Positions 9,237 to 16,972 of a DNA stretch of 17,492 bases are shown here, one piece after another. The notes beneath the pieces are model-generated. The model was not told where the DNA came from and searched no databases. It saw only the letters and a list, made by a program, of their open reading frames with translations. Made by a program: the position numbers and the translations under genes. Positions within the stretch are counted from its first letter, which is position 1; each line of letters begins with the position of its first letter. Origin of the DNA: Sedimentisphaerales bacterium (GTDB taxonomy: Bacteria > Planctomycetota > Phycisphaerae > Sedimentisphaerales > SM23-30); assembly GCA_963663805.2 (NCBI GenBank), contig CAXXMR010000032.1:1-17492 (forward strand), read 5' to 3'.

Positions 9237-9264
9237 TTGACAATCCACAATAATGTTGTATACT
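9237..9264 (+). promoter_or_regulatory. Putative sigma70 promoter for the lipoprotein-protease pair
   Basis: TTGACA (9237-9242)-N16-TATACT (9259-9264), about 80 nt upstream of ATG 9347. Confidence 0.6.
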
Positions 9265-9346
9265 CGAATATCAGCCCCGGAGTCTTTTGGGCTAGAGGTA
9301 AGTTATCTGTTTTCTGGATTAAAGCGGTTATATTTGAGGAGGTAAA

Positions 9347-9790
9347 ATGCGGAGCAGGTATAGCCTACTGCTGAAGTGTGTCATGCTTGGGTATTTGGGG
9401 ATGGCCCTTTTATTTATAATGGCAGGGGGATGTTCTGATCAAAAAAGAGAAGAAAATGAGTCAGAAGAGGTGGAGATGACAGTTCATTTTTGGGTAACCA
9501 ACAGCAGTTTTATTGAGAATCCTACGGTAAAAATAGAGATTGACGGGAAGTTGGCTTTCAATGACCCAGTTGTCCGGGGTACAGGACATGGTTATGTCGA
9601 GCGTGAAATTAAATTAGCACGGGGACGGCATAGTTTGGACGTCTCAGCAGCAGGGAAACAAGTTTATCTGGAAGATACTATTGAAGTTGAAAGTGAGTTG
9701 TGGGTTCGGGTGATTCTGATGAATGATGAGCGAGGTGATGGTCAGCAGTTTGTGATTGATATGAGCAGGTTGAAACCTGTGATAAAATAG
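9347..9790 (+). CDS. Hypothetical lipoprotein (beta-rich domain)
   Basis: 147 aa with a GAGGAGG RBS. Hydrophobic N-terminus ends in the lipobox-like MAGG|C. Confidence 0.8.
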   Translation: MRSRYSLLLKCVMLGYLGMALLFIMAGGCSDQKREENESEEVEMTVHFWVTNSSFIENPTVKIEIDGKLAFNDPVVRGTGHGYVEREIKLARGRHSLDVSAAGKQVYLEDTIEVESELWVRVILMNDERGDGQQFVIDMSRLKPVIK

Positions 9791-9829
9791 TGCAGTATTT
9801 GACAAATAGTCCTGGAAGGAGGTACGGTA

Positions 9830-11029
9830 ATGAAACTTCGATGGTGTTTAATTCTGATTTTGTTGTTGGGGGTAATTGCTTATGGCAACGGCGGTGCGAC
9901 GTGGCAAGGCGCTTGGGGGACAGATGGTCACTGGGCAGGGAATCCGATTCGATTTGAGTTTAATGATACGACTTCAGTCCCGCCGGCGGGTGGCGACTGG
10001 ACAGCGGAGCAGAAGGCGACAATTCGTGAGGCTTTTGAGGAATGGGATGAGGCGTTGTGCAACCCGGATAATATCGTGGAAGGGGGCGGTGCGAAGAATA
10101 TCAGTATGCGTTGGGAAGGGGCGCGATTGTTTGGATTGCCGGGAATGGACGCGGTAGGTTTTACTTATCCCAATGATTTCAAGGACAAGCCCGGATTTCC
10201 GGACAGCACGAAATTTCCGACGGATGAGATATATTTCAACAGCACGAAGAAGTGGAACTACAATGTAAATAATAACCCAGCGGCTGACGAGTGGGATTTA
10301 AGAACGGTGGCCAAGCATGAGATTGGTCATGCCCTGGGTTTGCAGCATCAGTATCAGGCGTTTTATGACGCTCATCCGCAATTGAAGCCGGGAATCATGG
10401 ATGACCGTTCGGGTGAACCGGGCTGGTTCGAAGGCGAACGAAGGGATCTCACTTCAGCAGATTATTTCGCTCTGCATCAGTTATATCCTCATTCCAAGCC
10501 GTGGTGGTGGCTGGACGAGGATAAGATTCCGCGTAATATGAAAACTCGTTTACGGTGGACTTTTGATGGGCGTACACCAACCGAAGACACTTCGGAAACG
10601 TTCGATCTGGGCGAGGGGACCATGAAGGTGACAAAAGTTACTGGTGAGCCTTATGATTATGTTTACCGGCTGGATGTGGAGAATTATCTGATTGAGGAAA
10701 ATGTTAAAAATGTGTATTTGCAGTTTATTTTTCATCAGGAGGGCGCCGGAGGAATTGCCTCGCCTTTGAATTCGGCATTGCACGGCAGTCCGGAAGGAGT
10801 CTGGAATTTTACCGGTGGCACAACCAGTGCGATGGACCTTGGTAATGGCGACTTTCTGCAGACTTATGAATGGACGATTACTCCGCAGCCCAGCAGTGAA
10901 TGGTTTGAGTGGCAGGTTGCTGGCGATTGGTTGATTAAAGATATTAAGGTAGCGACCTATTGCGTTCCTGAGCCAAGCGTATTGATAATGCTGGTGGTTG
11001 GTTCGATTTGGCGTCGTCGTAAAGCCTAA
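9830..11029 (+). CDS. Secreted metzincin (matrixin-like) zinc metalloprotease with a PEP-CTERM sorting signal
   Basis: 399 aa with AAGGAGG RBS and signal peptide. HEIGHALGLQH (HExxHxxGxxH), candidate Met-turn GIMD, and C-terminal VPEP + hydrophobic stretch + RRRK. Confidence 0.9.
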   Translation: MKLRWCLILILLLGVIAYGNGGATWQGAWGTDGHWAGNPIRFEFNDTTSVPPAGGDWTAEQKATIREAFEEWDEALCNPDNIVEGGGAKNISMRWEGARLFGLPGMDAVGFTYPNDFKDKPGFPDSTKFPTDEIYFNSTKKWNYNVNNNPAADEWDLRTVAKHEIGHALGLQHQYQAFYDAHPQLKPGIMDDRSGEPGWFEGERRDLTSADYFALHQLYPHSKPWWWLDEDKIPRNMKTRLRWTFDGRTPTEDTSETFDLGEGTMKVTKVTGEPYDYVYRLDVENYLIEENVKNVYLQFIFHQEGAGGIASPLNSALHGSPEGVWNFTGGTTSAMDLGNGDFLQTYEWTITPQPSSEWFEWQVAGDWLIKDIKVATYCVPEPSVLIMLVVGSIWRRRKA

Positions 11030-11050
11030 ACGAAGCTGGAGTGATAATCT

Positions 11051-11087
11051 AAAATGGTGTCCGATATAGCAGGGCACCGTTTTTTTT
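11051..11087 (+). terminator. Rho-independent terminator
   Basis: AAAATGGTGTCC / GGGCACCGTTTT stem (two G-U pairs on the + strand) running into T8, 21 nt after the stop at 11029. Confidence 0.8.
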
Positions 11088-11228
11088 AGTTGATTCCTGT
11101 TGCGGAAAGGCCGAAATCTGCGATGTAGTTTTTTTGCAGGGAATTTATGTGCCTGCTGAATCATCTCAAATTGGAATTTGGCCTTTCGTACTACTATCCA
11201 TTATATTCTTGTTTTTCATGTATCATTT

Positions 11229-11794
11229 TCATGCCACATCATTCGTAAGTTCTTTAACTGTCGTATCCGAAGCCGCCTGTAACGCTTTGGCCAACGTTTG
11301 GCCTTTGCTCGTCAGCATATAGCGATTTTCACGAGCGACTTTCTTGATCAGGCCATGAACGCGCAGCAGTTTTATGCGTCTTGATATTCTGGCTGAATAC
11401 TTTCGCTGTTGCTCTTTGCTCTGATGCTTGGCTTTGGGATAAAGACAGTCCCTCATAATTTTATTCCGAAAACCAGAAAGAGCTAATTCACCTTTAGCCA
11501 AAAAATGAAGCATCTCAAAATCATCCTTTTGCCAAACATTCAGGCCGCGATAACGCTTCCCCTGTTTCTTAACCGAATTACATGCCGGAGCAACCACTTC
11601 GTTAAGTTTCTGTTCAACCGTTGCCGCCGTCAACGCATCGGCATAACGCTCGTTGCAACCCTAGCTAACCTCACACCGGCGATGTAAATCGCTAACACCT
11701 TTACGCATCGGAAGCCAACGCAACGAACGATCAATATCTTCGTCGGGATGACGAAACACCTTAAAATCGCGAGTATTGTTAATGGTTGTTTCTA
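11229..11794 (-). pseudogene. 3' part of a putative transposase-like gene with a C-terminal winged-helix-like region; cut by IS630 and carrying an internal stop
   Basis: Frame extends upstream of the listed ORF: ETTINNTRDFKVFRHP...WLPMRKGVSDLHRRCEVS*GCNERYADAL...RYRGLN...GFRNK...LLRVHGLIKKV...YMLTSKG. TAG at 11661-11663. The 5' end stops exactly at the IS630 left end. The family assignment is from motif recall only. Confidence 0.7.
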
Positions 11795-11872
11795 GTGCCT
11801 TGTAAAAATTAAATACACCTATTAGATCTGTCCGATAATGACCCCATAAGCCGATTTTTTATGGAGTCTGTT

Positions 11873-12316
11873 ATGAACAAGAAGTACATTGTTCGTCTAA
11901 GCGACGAAGAACGCCGTGAATTGGTTGAGGTCATTAACAAGCTCAAGGGAACCTCGCAAAAAGTCAAGCGTGCGCAAATATTACTCAAGGCGGATGCCGA
12001 CGGCCCTAACTGGCCTTACCATCAAATTGCCGAAGCGTTTCTATGTCGCGCCAAAACCGTGTCGAATGTTTGTAGGTCCCTGGTGGAACGAGGATTTGAC
12101 ATAACCTTGAATGGCAAAAATCGTGATACGCCGCCTCGCGCTAAATTGCTGGACGGCCAGCAGGAAGCCAAGATCATTGCACTGAGATTGAGCGAGCCGC
12201 CGGCAGGGTATAGCAACTGGTCACTGCGACTGCTCGCCGAGAAAGCAGTTGAATTAGAGATTGTGGATTCCATCAGTCATACGACGGTTAGTACCACCTT
12301 AAAAAAAAAGACATGA
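11873..12316 (+). CDS. IS630 transposase ORF A (HTH DNA-binding part)
   Basis: MNKKYIVRLSDEER...RAQILLKAD...WSLRLLA...ISHTTVSTTLKK. GGAG RBS before ATG 11873. Ends over an A9G run (12301-12310) containing the A AAA AAG -1 slippery site. Confidence 0.9.
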   Translation: MNKKYIVRLSDEERRELVEVINKLKGTSQKVKRAQILLKADADGPNWPYHQIAEAFLCRAKTVSNVCRSLVERGFDITLNGKNRDTPPRAKLLDGQQEAKIIALRLSEPPAGYSNWSLRLLAEKAVELEIVDSISHTTVSTTLKKKT

Positions 12317-13002
12317 CGAAACGGAAAATTCAGTATTGGGTGATTCCGCCGGATCAAAGCAGCGAATTTGTGGCCTGCATGGAAGATGTCCTGGATGTCT
12401 ATGCGATGCCATATGGTCCGGATTTTCCGGTTGTTTGTATGGATGAGCAACCGGTTCAGTTACTCAAGGAAACACGAACCCCGATTCCGGCAACGCTGAA
12501 TCACCCGCGTCGCGTGGATTATGAATATGAGCGTGCCGGAACAGCAAGTCTCTTTATTTTTACCGAACCGCTATCCGGCTGGCGTGATGTGAATGCCCGC
12601 CACCAGCGTACAAAGGTTGACTGGGCGATTGAAATGGCAGATTTGCTTGATGGTCGCTATGCCAAAGCGAAAAAAGTTCTTCTGGTGTGTGACAATTTGA
12701 ATACACATACCAAAGGGGCTTTCTACGACGTTTTTCCTCCGGAACAGGCTCGTAAATATGTGGAAAAGATTGAATTTCATTATACGCCCAAACACGGCAG
12801 TTGGCTCAATATTGCTGAAAACGAACTGAGTTCGATGACCCGGCAATGTTTGAAAGATCGAAAAATGACAAATATTGATATGCTGAAAAAAGAGACGAGT
12901 GCCTGGGCTACAAATTCCAATGAAAAACAGAGAGGTGTGGACTGGCAATTTAAGGTAGAAGAGGCCAGATGTAAACTTCGCTCACTCTACCCGAATATTT
13001 AA
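12313..13002 (+). CDS. IS630 transposase ORF B (DDE catalytic part), fused to ORF A by -1 frameshifting
   Basis: DDE motifs VCMDE, VCDNLNTH and TPKHGSWLNIAE. Lies in the -1 frame relative to ORF A; its stop falls inside the right inverted repeat. Confidence 0.92.
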   Translation: MTKRKIQYWVIPPDQSSEFVACMEDVLDVYAMPYGPDFPVVCMDEQPVQLLKETRTPIPATLNHPRRVDYEYERAGTASLFIFTEPLSGWRDVNARHQRTKVDWAIEMADLLDGRYAKAKKVLLVCDNLNTHTKGAFYDVFPPEQARKYVEKIEFHYTPKHGSWLNIAENELSSMTRQCLKDRKMTNIDMLKKETSAWATNSNEKQRGVDWQFKVEEARCKLRSLYPNI

Positions 13003-13020
13003 GGATTACAAGGCACTAGG

Positions 13021-13053
13021 GCCCACCGGCTCGTTGCCGGTGGGTTCATTTTT
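13021..13053. terminator. GC-rich hairpin (terminator-like or REP-like) between IS630 and the converging recombinase module
   Basis: CCCACCGGC (13022-13030)-TCGTT-GCCGGTGGG (13036-13044), followed by TTCATTTTT on the + strand. Confidence 0.6.
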
Positions 13054-13097
13054 GATCGCGAATTTAAATAAACGAGCAGCTTTTAGGCTGGTGCTAC

Positions 13098-13508
13098 TTA
13101 AACAAATCTTAGTGGCGAGTTTGTGGCTCCCCGCCACATCTCCCTCTGCCGCCCCCAATCCGCCTCCAGGGCAATCGGCATAAGCCGCCGCAAGGTGATA
13201 GAATCGTGCCCCTTTTCTGTTTCTGGCAGGAACAGGATTTCCTCCTGAATGTCAGGCGCCAGCAGCAGCAGGTTCATAATCTGCGTCATCCGGGCCCGGG
13301 TGACTTGGCCATACCGGGCGAGAGTAGCCATATCCTCCACCTGGCCGGTACGAATGAGCTTGTCGTAACTGATCGCCAGGGCCATCAGCTTGCTGATGCG
13401 CGGCACACGTGTTCGAGGCCGCCGGGGCTTGCGACCGGGGCGAATATTCTGCTTACATTTGTGCCCCGACTCAAAATGTAATTTTCGGGTAACGGTATAG
13501 ACTGTCAT
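13098..13508 (-). CDS. Small recombinase-associated protein with an HTH-like segment
   Basis: 136 aa, paralogue of 8697..9101. ATG overlaps the LSR stop (ATGA). Confidence 0.85.
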   Translation of the reverse strand: MTVYTVTRKLHFESGHKCKQNIRPGRKPRRPRTRVPRISKLMALAISYDKLIRTGQVEDMATLARYGQVTRARMTQIMNLLLLAPDIQEEILFLPETEKGHDSITLRRLMPIALEADWGRQREMWRGATNSPLRFV

Positions 13509-15052
13509 GCACCTGCCTCCAAAACATCCATTTCTGCATTCAGGGCCTGCACCCCGCCGGGTTGAAAGGCCAGACTGATACTGCCCGCCGCGTCATCATA
13601 TTCCACCTGTCCGATGAGCAGACTCAACATGCGCCACTGCTCTTTTTGGGTAAGCGTATCCCAGAGCGGGTCAAAACTACGGCAAATATCCCGGATATCC
13701 CGGGCGCTGACCACCATCTGCTTGAGCCGGGTGATTTCACTTTTACACTCGCTAATATGTTGTTCCAAGCCGCGAATCTTATCCTGTATTGCCGCCAGGC
13801 GCTGAGCCGTCTCCGGATGGGCCGCCGTAGCCGCCAGAGATTTGAGTTCCCGGTTTTCCCGGGCGAGTTCCTGACAGAGCAGACGATAGCGTTTCTCGAA
13901 TTCGGCAAGCTCCGTGTCAATGGTTCGTCTCGACTCAGCCACTACCTCCCCAATCAGCTTCTCGTCCTGGCCGATATTCCGGATTTCCTGCACCACGAAT
14001 CTTTCTATCTCATCTGCCGGCAGCGAGGGCCGCGGACAGTGGGCCCAACCTCGGACCTGGGCGTTCTGGCAAACATAATAGCGGTAGCGTGTCGAGTTCT
14101 TTTTGGTGTAAGAGTGGCTCATCCCGCAGCCGCAGGCCTTACAGCGCAGAATACCGTTTAATATCCCGCCCCCGGCCCGCGGCCTGGAACGGCCATTCAT
14201 ACGGTTCCGGCCCAGCAGCCGCTGCACCCGCTGGAAGATACCCCCATCGACAATCCCGTCCTGTTCCCCTTCATATAGCTGCTCATGATGGCGAATCTTG
14301 CCAATATAAACCGGGTTCTTCAGTAGATTATACAGCGAGTTCTTATTGAATGGCCGCCCCCGGTGCAGTTTACCTTTACGCGTCACCCAGGTCTTGGTCT
14401 GCCAGTTCCGCCGGTCTAGTTCAGCTATCGTAGCCAGTAAACCACCATGCTCCAGGTACAGAGCAAATATCTTGCGTACCTGCTCCGCTTCCGCCTCATT
14501 CACATTCAATTCACCGCCACCCGGCGAGATATCATATCCCAGTACCGGCCGGCCCCCGGACCATTTGCCGCGCTTGCGGGCCAGGGCAATCTTGTCGCGC
14601 GTACGTTCCGAGATTACCTCCCGCTCAAACTGGGCGAACGAGAGCAGAATATTTAGCGTCAGCCGGCCCATACTGGTGGTGGTATTGAAGTGCTGGGTCA
14701 CGGAAACAAACGAAACCTGCTTCTTCTCCAGCCGGGTAAGAATCTTCGTAAAATCAATCAGGCTGCGACTGAGTCTGTCTACCTTATATACCACCAGGCA
14801 GTCAATATGCCCCGCCTCGATATCCTCCAGCAGTCTCCGCAGGGCCGGCCTTTCCATATTCCCCCCGGAGAACCCACCATCATCATACTGCTCCGGCAGA
14901 CATACCCAGCCTTCTGACTTCTGGCTTTTGATATACGACTCTGCCGCCTCACGCTGGGCGTGCAGGGAATTGAAATCCTGCTCCAATCCTTCTTCCGTAG
15001 ATTTACGGGTATAAACCGCACAGCGGATAGTCTTGACTTCAGTTTTTTTCAT
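13505..15052 (-). CDS. Large serine recombinase, DUF2924-associated type
   Basis: 515 aa, intact. YTRKS, DRLSRS, CKAC...YYVC...HC and coiled coil. Collinear paralogue of 7152..8696. Confidence 0.95.
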   Translation of the reverse strand: MKKTEVKTIRCAVYTRKSTEEGLEQDFNSLHAQREAAESYIKSQKSEGWVCLPEQYDDGGFSGGNMERPALRRLLEDIEAGHIDCLVVYKVDRLSRSLIDFTKILTRLEKKQVSFVSVTQHFNTTTSMGRLTLNILLSFAQFEREVISERTRDKIALARKRGKWSGGRPVLGYDISPGGGELNVNEAEAEQVRKIFALYLEHGGLLATIAELDRRNWQTKTWVTRKGKLHRGRPFNKNSLYNLLKNPVYIGKIRHHEQLYEGEQDGIVDGGIFQRVQRLLGRNRMNGRSRPRAGGGILNGILRCKACGCGMSHSYTKKNSTRYRYYVCQNAQVRGWAHCPRPSLPADEIERFVVQEIRNIGQDEKLIGEVVAESRRTIDTELAEFEKRYRLLCQELARENRELKSLAATAAHPETAQRLAAIQDKIRGLEQHISECKSEITRLKQMVVSARDIRDICRSFDPLWDTLTQKEQWRMLSLLIGQVEYDDAAGSISLAFQPGGVQALNAEMDVLEAGA

Positions 15053-15531
15053 TTCTTAATCCCAAAAAAGAGTTTTCCATTCCAATGTGAACCCGTTACC
15101 GCTTTGGCCACTGCCGATAATGAGCGGTATAATTTACCTTCCCAGCGGATGCCGTTCTCCATGATCGTCACCACGATCTTCTGACCCTTGTACAGCCGTT
15201 CCAGTTGGGTACCCGGCAGGGGATCGGTTTCATGCCGCGTCAGGGCAGCCGGGGCGGGCTTGACAATTGTGTCAGTATTCTTAAGGGCGGTAGAGTTCGG
15301 GGCCGTCAGACGCAGTTCAGCGCCATCAGCCAGCTCCCAGGCCCGCTTCAGAGCAGCATTAGACAATCCACCGTGAGCATTGGCCTGCAACCGCCAGAGA
15401 ATACGTTTAATGAGATACTGGCGATGCCGGGAGGTGGTGATTTCACCGAAAACCTCTTCATAATACCGCCGCAACTCGGCAATACCAAGTCCTGCCAGTT
15501 TTTCCCGTTCGTATGCAATATCAAGTTTCAT
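15049..15531 (-). CDS. DUF2924 domain protein
   Basis: 160 aa with GGAG RBS. ELRRYYEEVFG...YLIKRILWRLQ...GGLS, PLPGTQLERLYKG and YRSLSAVAKAVTGSHWNGKLFFG are typical of DUF2924. Stop overlaps the LSR ATG. Confidence 0.9.
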   Translation of the reverse strand: MKLDIAYEREKLAGLGIAELRRYYEEVFGEITTSRHRQYLIKRILWRLQANAHGGLSNAALKRAWELADGAELRLTAPNSTALKNTDTIVKPAPAALTRHETDPLPGTQLERLYKGQKIVVTIMENGIRWEGKLYRSLSAVAKAVTGSHWNGKLFFGIKK

Positions 15532-15557
15532 GCCTGCCTCTCCGTAATAAAACAGCG

Positions 15558-15746
15558 TTAACTTGCAGACACATCAGTCCTCAAATCGCCCGGAACATCA
15601 AGGCCCTTTTCCGGAAATTCTGAGAGTTTTTGCTTAATTTTGGGGATGGCCGAGGCTCTGCCAAAATGGCGCAAAACGCCCCGGACGAGAATGCGAACCA
15701 GCTCTCTGCGTCTCTGTTCCGATGACAGGTTACGATAATCAGACAT
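15558..15746 (-). CDS. Small hypothetical protein leading the DUF2924-LSR operon
   Basis: GGAG 9 nt upstream of ATG 15746. Reads MSDYRNLSSEQRRRELVRILVRGVLR... and ends 26 nt before the DUF2924 start. Confidence 0.6.
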   Translation of the reverse strand: MSDYRNLSSEQRRRELVRILVRGVLRHFGRASAIPKIKQKLSEFPEKGLDVPGDLRTDVSAS

Positions 15747-16208
15747 AGCGCAATACTCCATAGGCTGGGGGTGACGCCTACGAAGCCATGCCCTTGGGGC
15801 TCTGTACTACGTCCGGCAGTAATGCCGGAACCTGTAACTGGTTCCTCTACTACATATATAACCCAAAACTCTGAAAACTGTCACAGTTTGGAGGGAGAAA
15901 CAACTCTGGCAACGAAATAATGCGAATAACAAGTCGTGGAAGTTGACTCAACCGGCGAAATCCAGTTGTTTTCTACTAGAATTTGCCCTCAAACCTTCAA
16001 TTCTCTATAAAAAACCAGGTAAGAATACTTGACAAGCTCTAACATATACATTAATAGTAATTTAAGTTGGTTGAAACCTCTTTTTAATCGGTGATGCAGG
16101 GTACTGAGTAGGAATATACAGAAGAAATATCCTGCGGTTGTTCGTTTACTATTGATGGGTATTTTTCGGATGTTTAGGGCATCGTAAACACTCAAGGAGG
16201 GCGAATTA

Positions 16209-16955
16209 TTGAACTGGTATTATCTCGAAAATGATATACAAAAAGGGCCTTTGGAGGCAGAGGCCATCAAGTAGCTGGTGTATCAGGGGATCATCTCTTC
16301 TGAAACAATGATGTGGGGCGAGGGAATGGAGAACTGGCATCCTTATGCGGAAGTAGCTGGACAAATCGAGAGTTCAATCCCCGATTCGCAACCGAATGGC
16401 CCGATCGCGTGTCCCAATTGCGGTATGCAGGTTGAGCCTGATAACCTGGCCAGCGTGGGCAATACTCAAGTATGCCCGTACTGCAAAGATGAATATGTGC
16501 AGCGTCTTAAGGAAGGCGTGGAAGTTACCCGGCTGGGCTACCAGTATGGGGGCTTCTGGATCCGCTTTTGCGCGTTGTTTGTTGACGGCATCATCCTTAA
16601 TGTTATTCAGTGGATATTGAGTTTTGTATTGATGCAATCTTCGATGTCCTCGAACGAGGTATTGGGGCCGAGATTTGTAATATTACAAACTCTGAGTGTT
16701 TTAATACCCATTTGCTATTACGTATTCTTTAACGGCCACCCAAGTTTACAGGCTACGCCCGGCAAGTTGGCCTGCCGGCTGAGGGTGATCACGGGAGACG
16801 GTCAGCGGGTCACATATATAAGGGCCTTGGGACGCTATTTTGCATCTATTCTCAGCGGCATGATCCTGGGAATAGGATTCCTTATTTGCATTTGGGACAG
16901 TGAAAAACGCACATTACATGATCGTATTTGCAATACTCGAGTAATCAGGCGCTAA
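16209..16955 (+). pseudogene. GYF_2 (DUF4339) + Cys-knuckle + RDD family membrane protein with an in-frame TAG near the N-terminus
   Basis: AAGGAGG RBS then TTG 16209: MNWYYLENDIQKGPLEAEAIK*LVYQGIISSETMMWGEGMENW (TAG 16272-16274). Then CPNC...CPYC and RDD motifs YGGFWIRFCALFVD, ATPGK, LHDRICNTRV. Confidence 0.85.
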
Positions 16956-16972
16956 CCTGGGGGGAAGGATTA

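Larger units (their letters stand above)
11795..13016 (+). mobile_element. IS630-family insertion sequence (1222 bp)
   Basis: 21-bp terminal inverted repeats with 18/21 matches: GTGCCTTGTAAAAATTAAATA (11795-11815) and TATTTAAGGATTACAAGGCAC (12996-13016). TA on both sides (11793-11794, 13017-13018). Two-ORF transposase inside. Confidence 0.95.

Noticed and set aside
9102..13097. Shared att or terminal repeat downstream of the two recombinase modules
   Set aside because: Comparing 9102-9240 with the reverse complement of 13019-13097 by eye showed no convincing common sequence.
13206..15561. Plus-strand ORFs such as 13562..14161, 14346..15014 and 15205..15561
   Set aside because: Antisense to the LSR, DUF2924 and accessory genes.
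15924..15970. Integron attC-like start (GAATAACAAGTCG...)
   Set aside because: No matching GTTRRRY right end or long dyad, no second copy, and no integron integrase in the window.
16029..16060. Promoter at TTGACA 16029 (and TTGACA 9799)
   Set aside because: No good -10 hexamer at a 16-18 nt spacing.
6047..16274. Stop-codon reassignment (TAA/TAG read as Gln)
   Set aside because: Intact genes here end normally at TAG (9790) and TAA (8696, 11029, 13002), and the long genes contain no internal stops, so sporadic nonsense mutation fits better.
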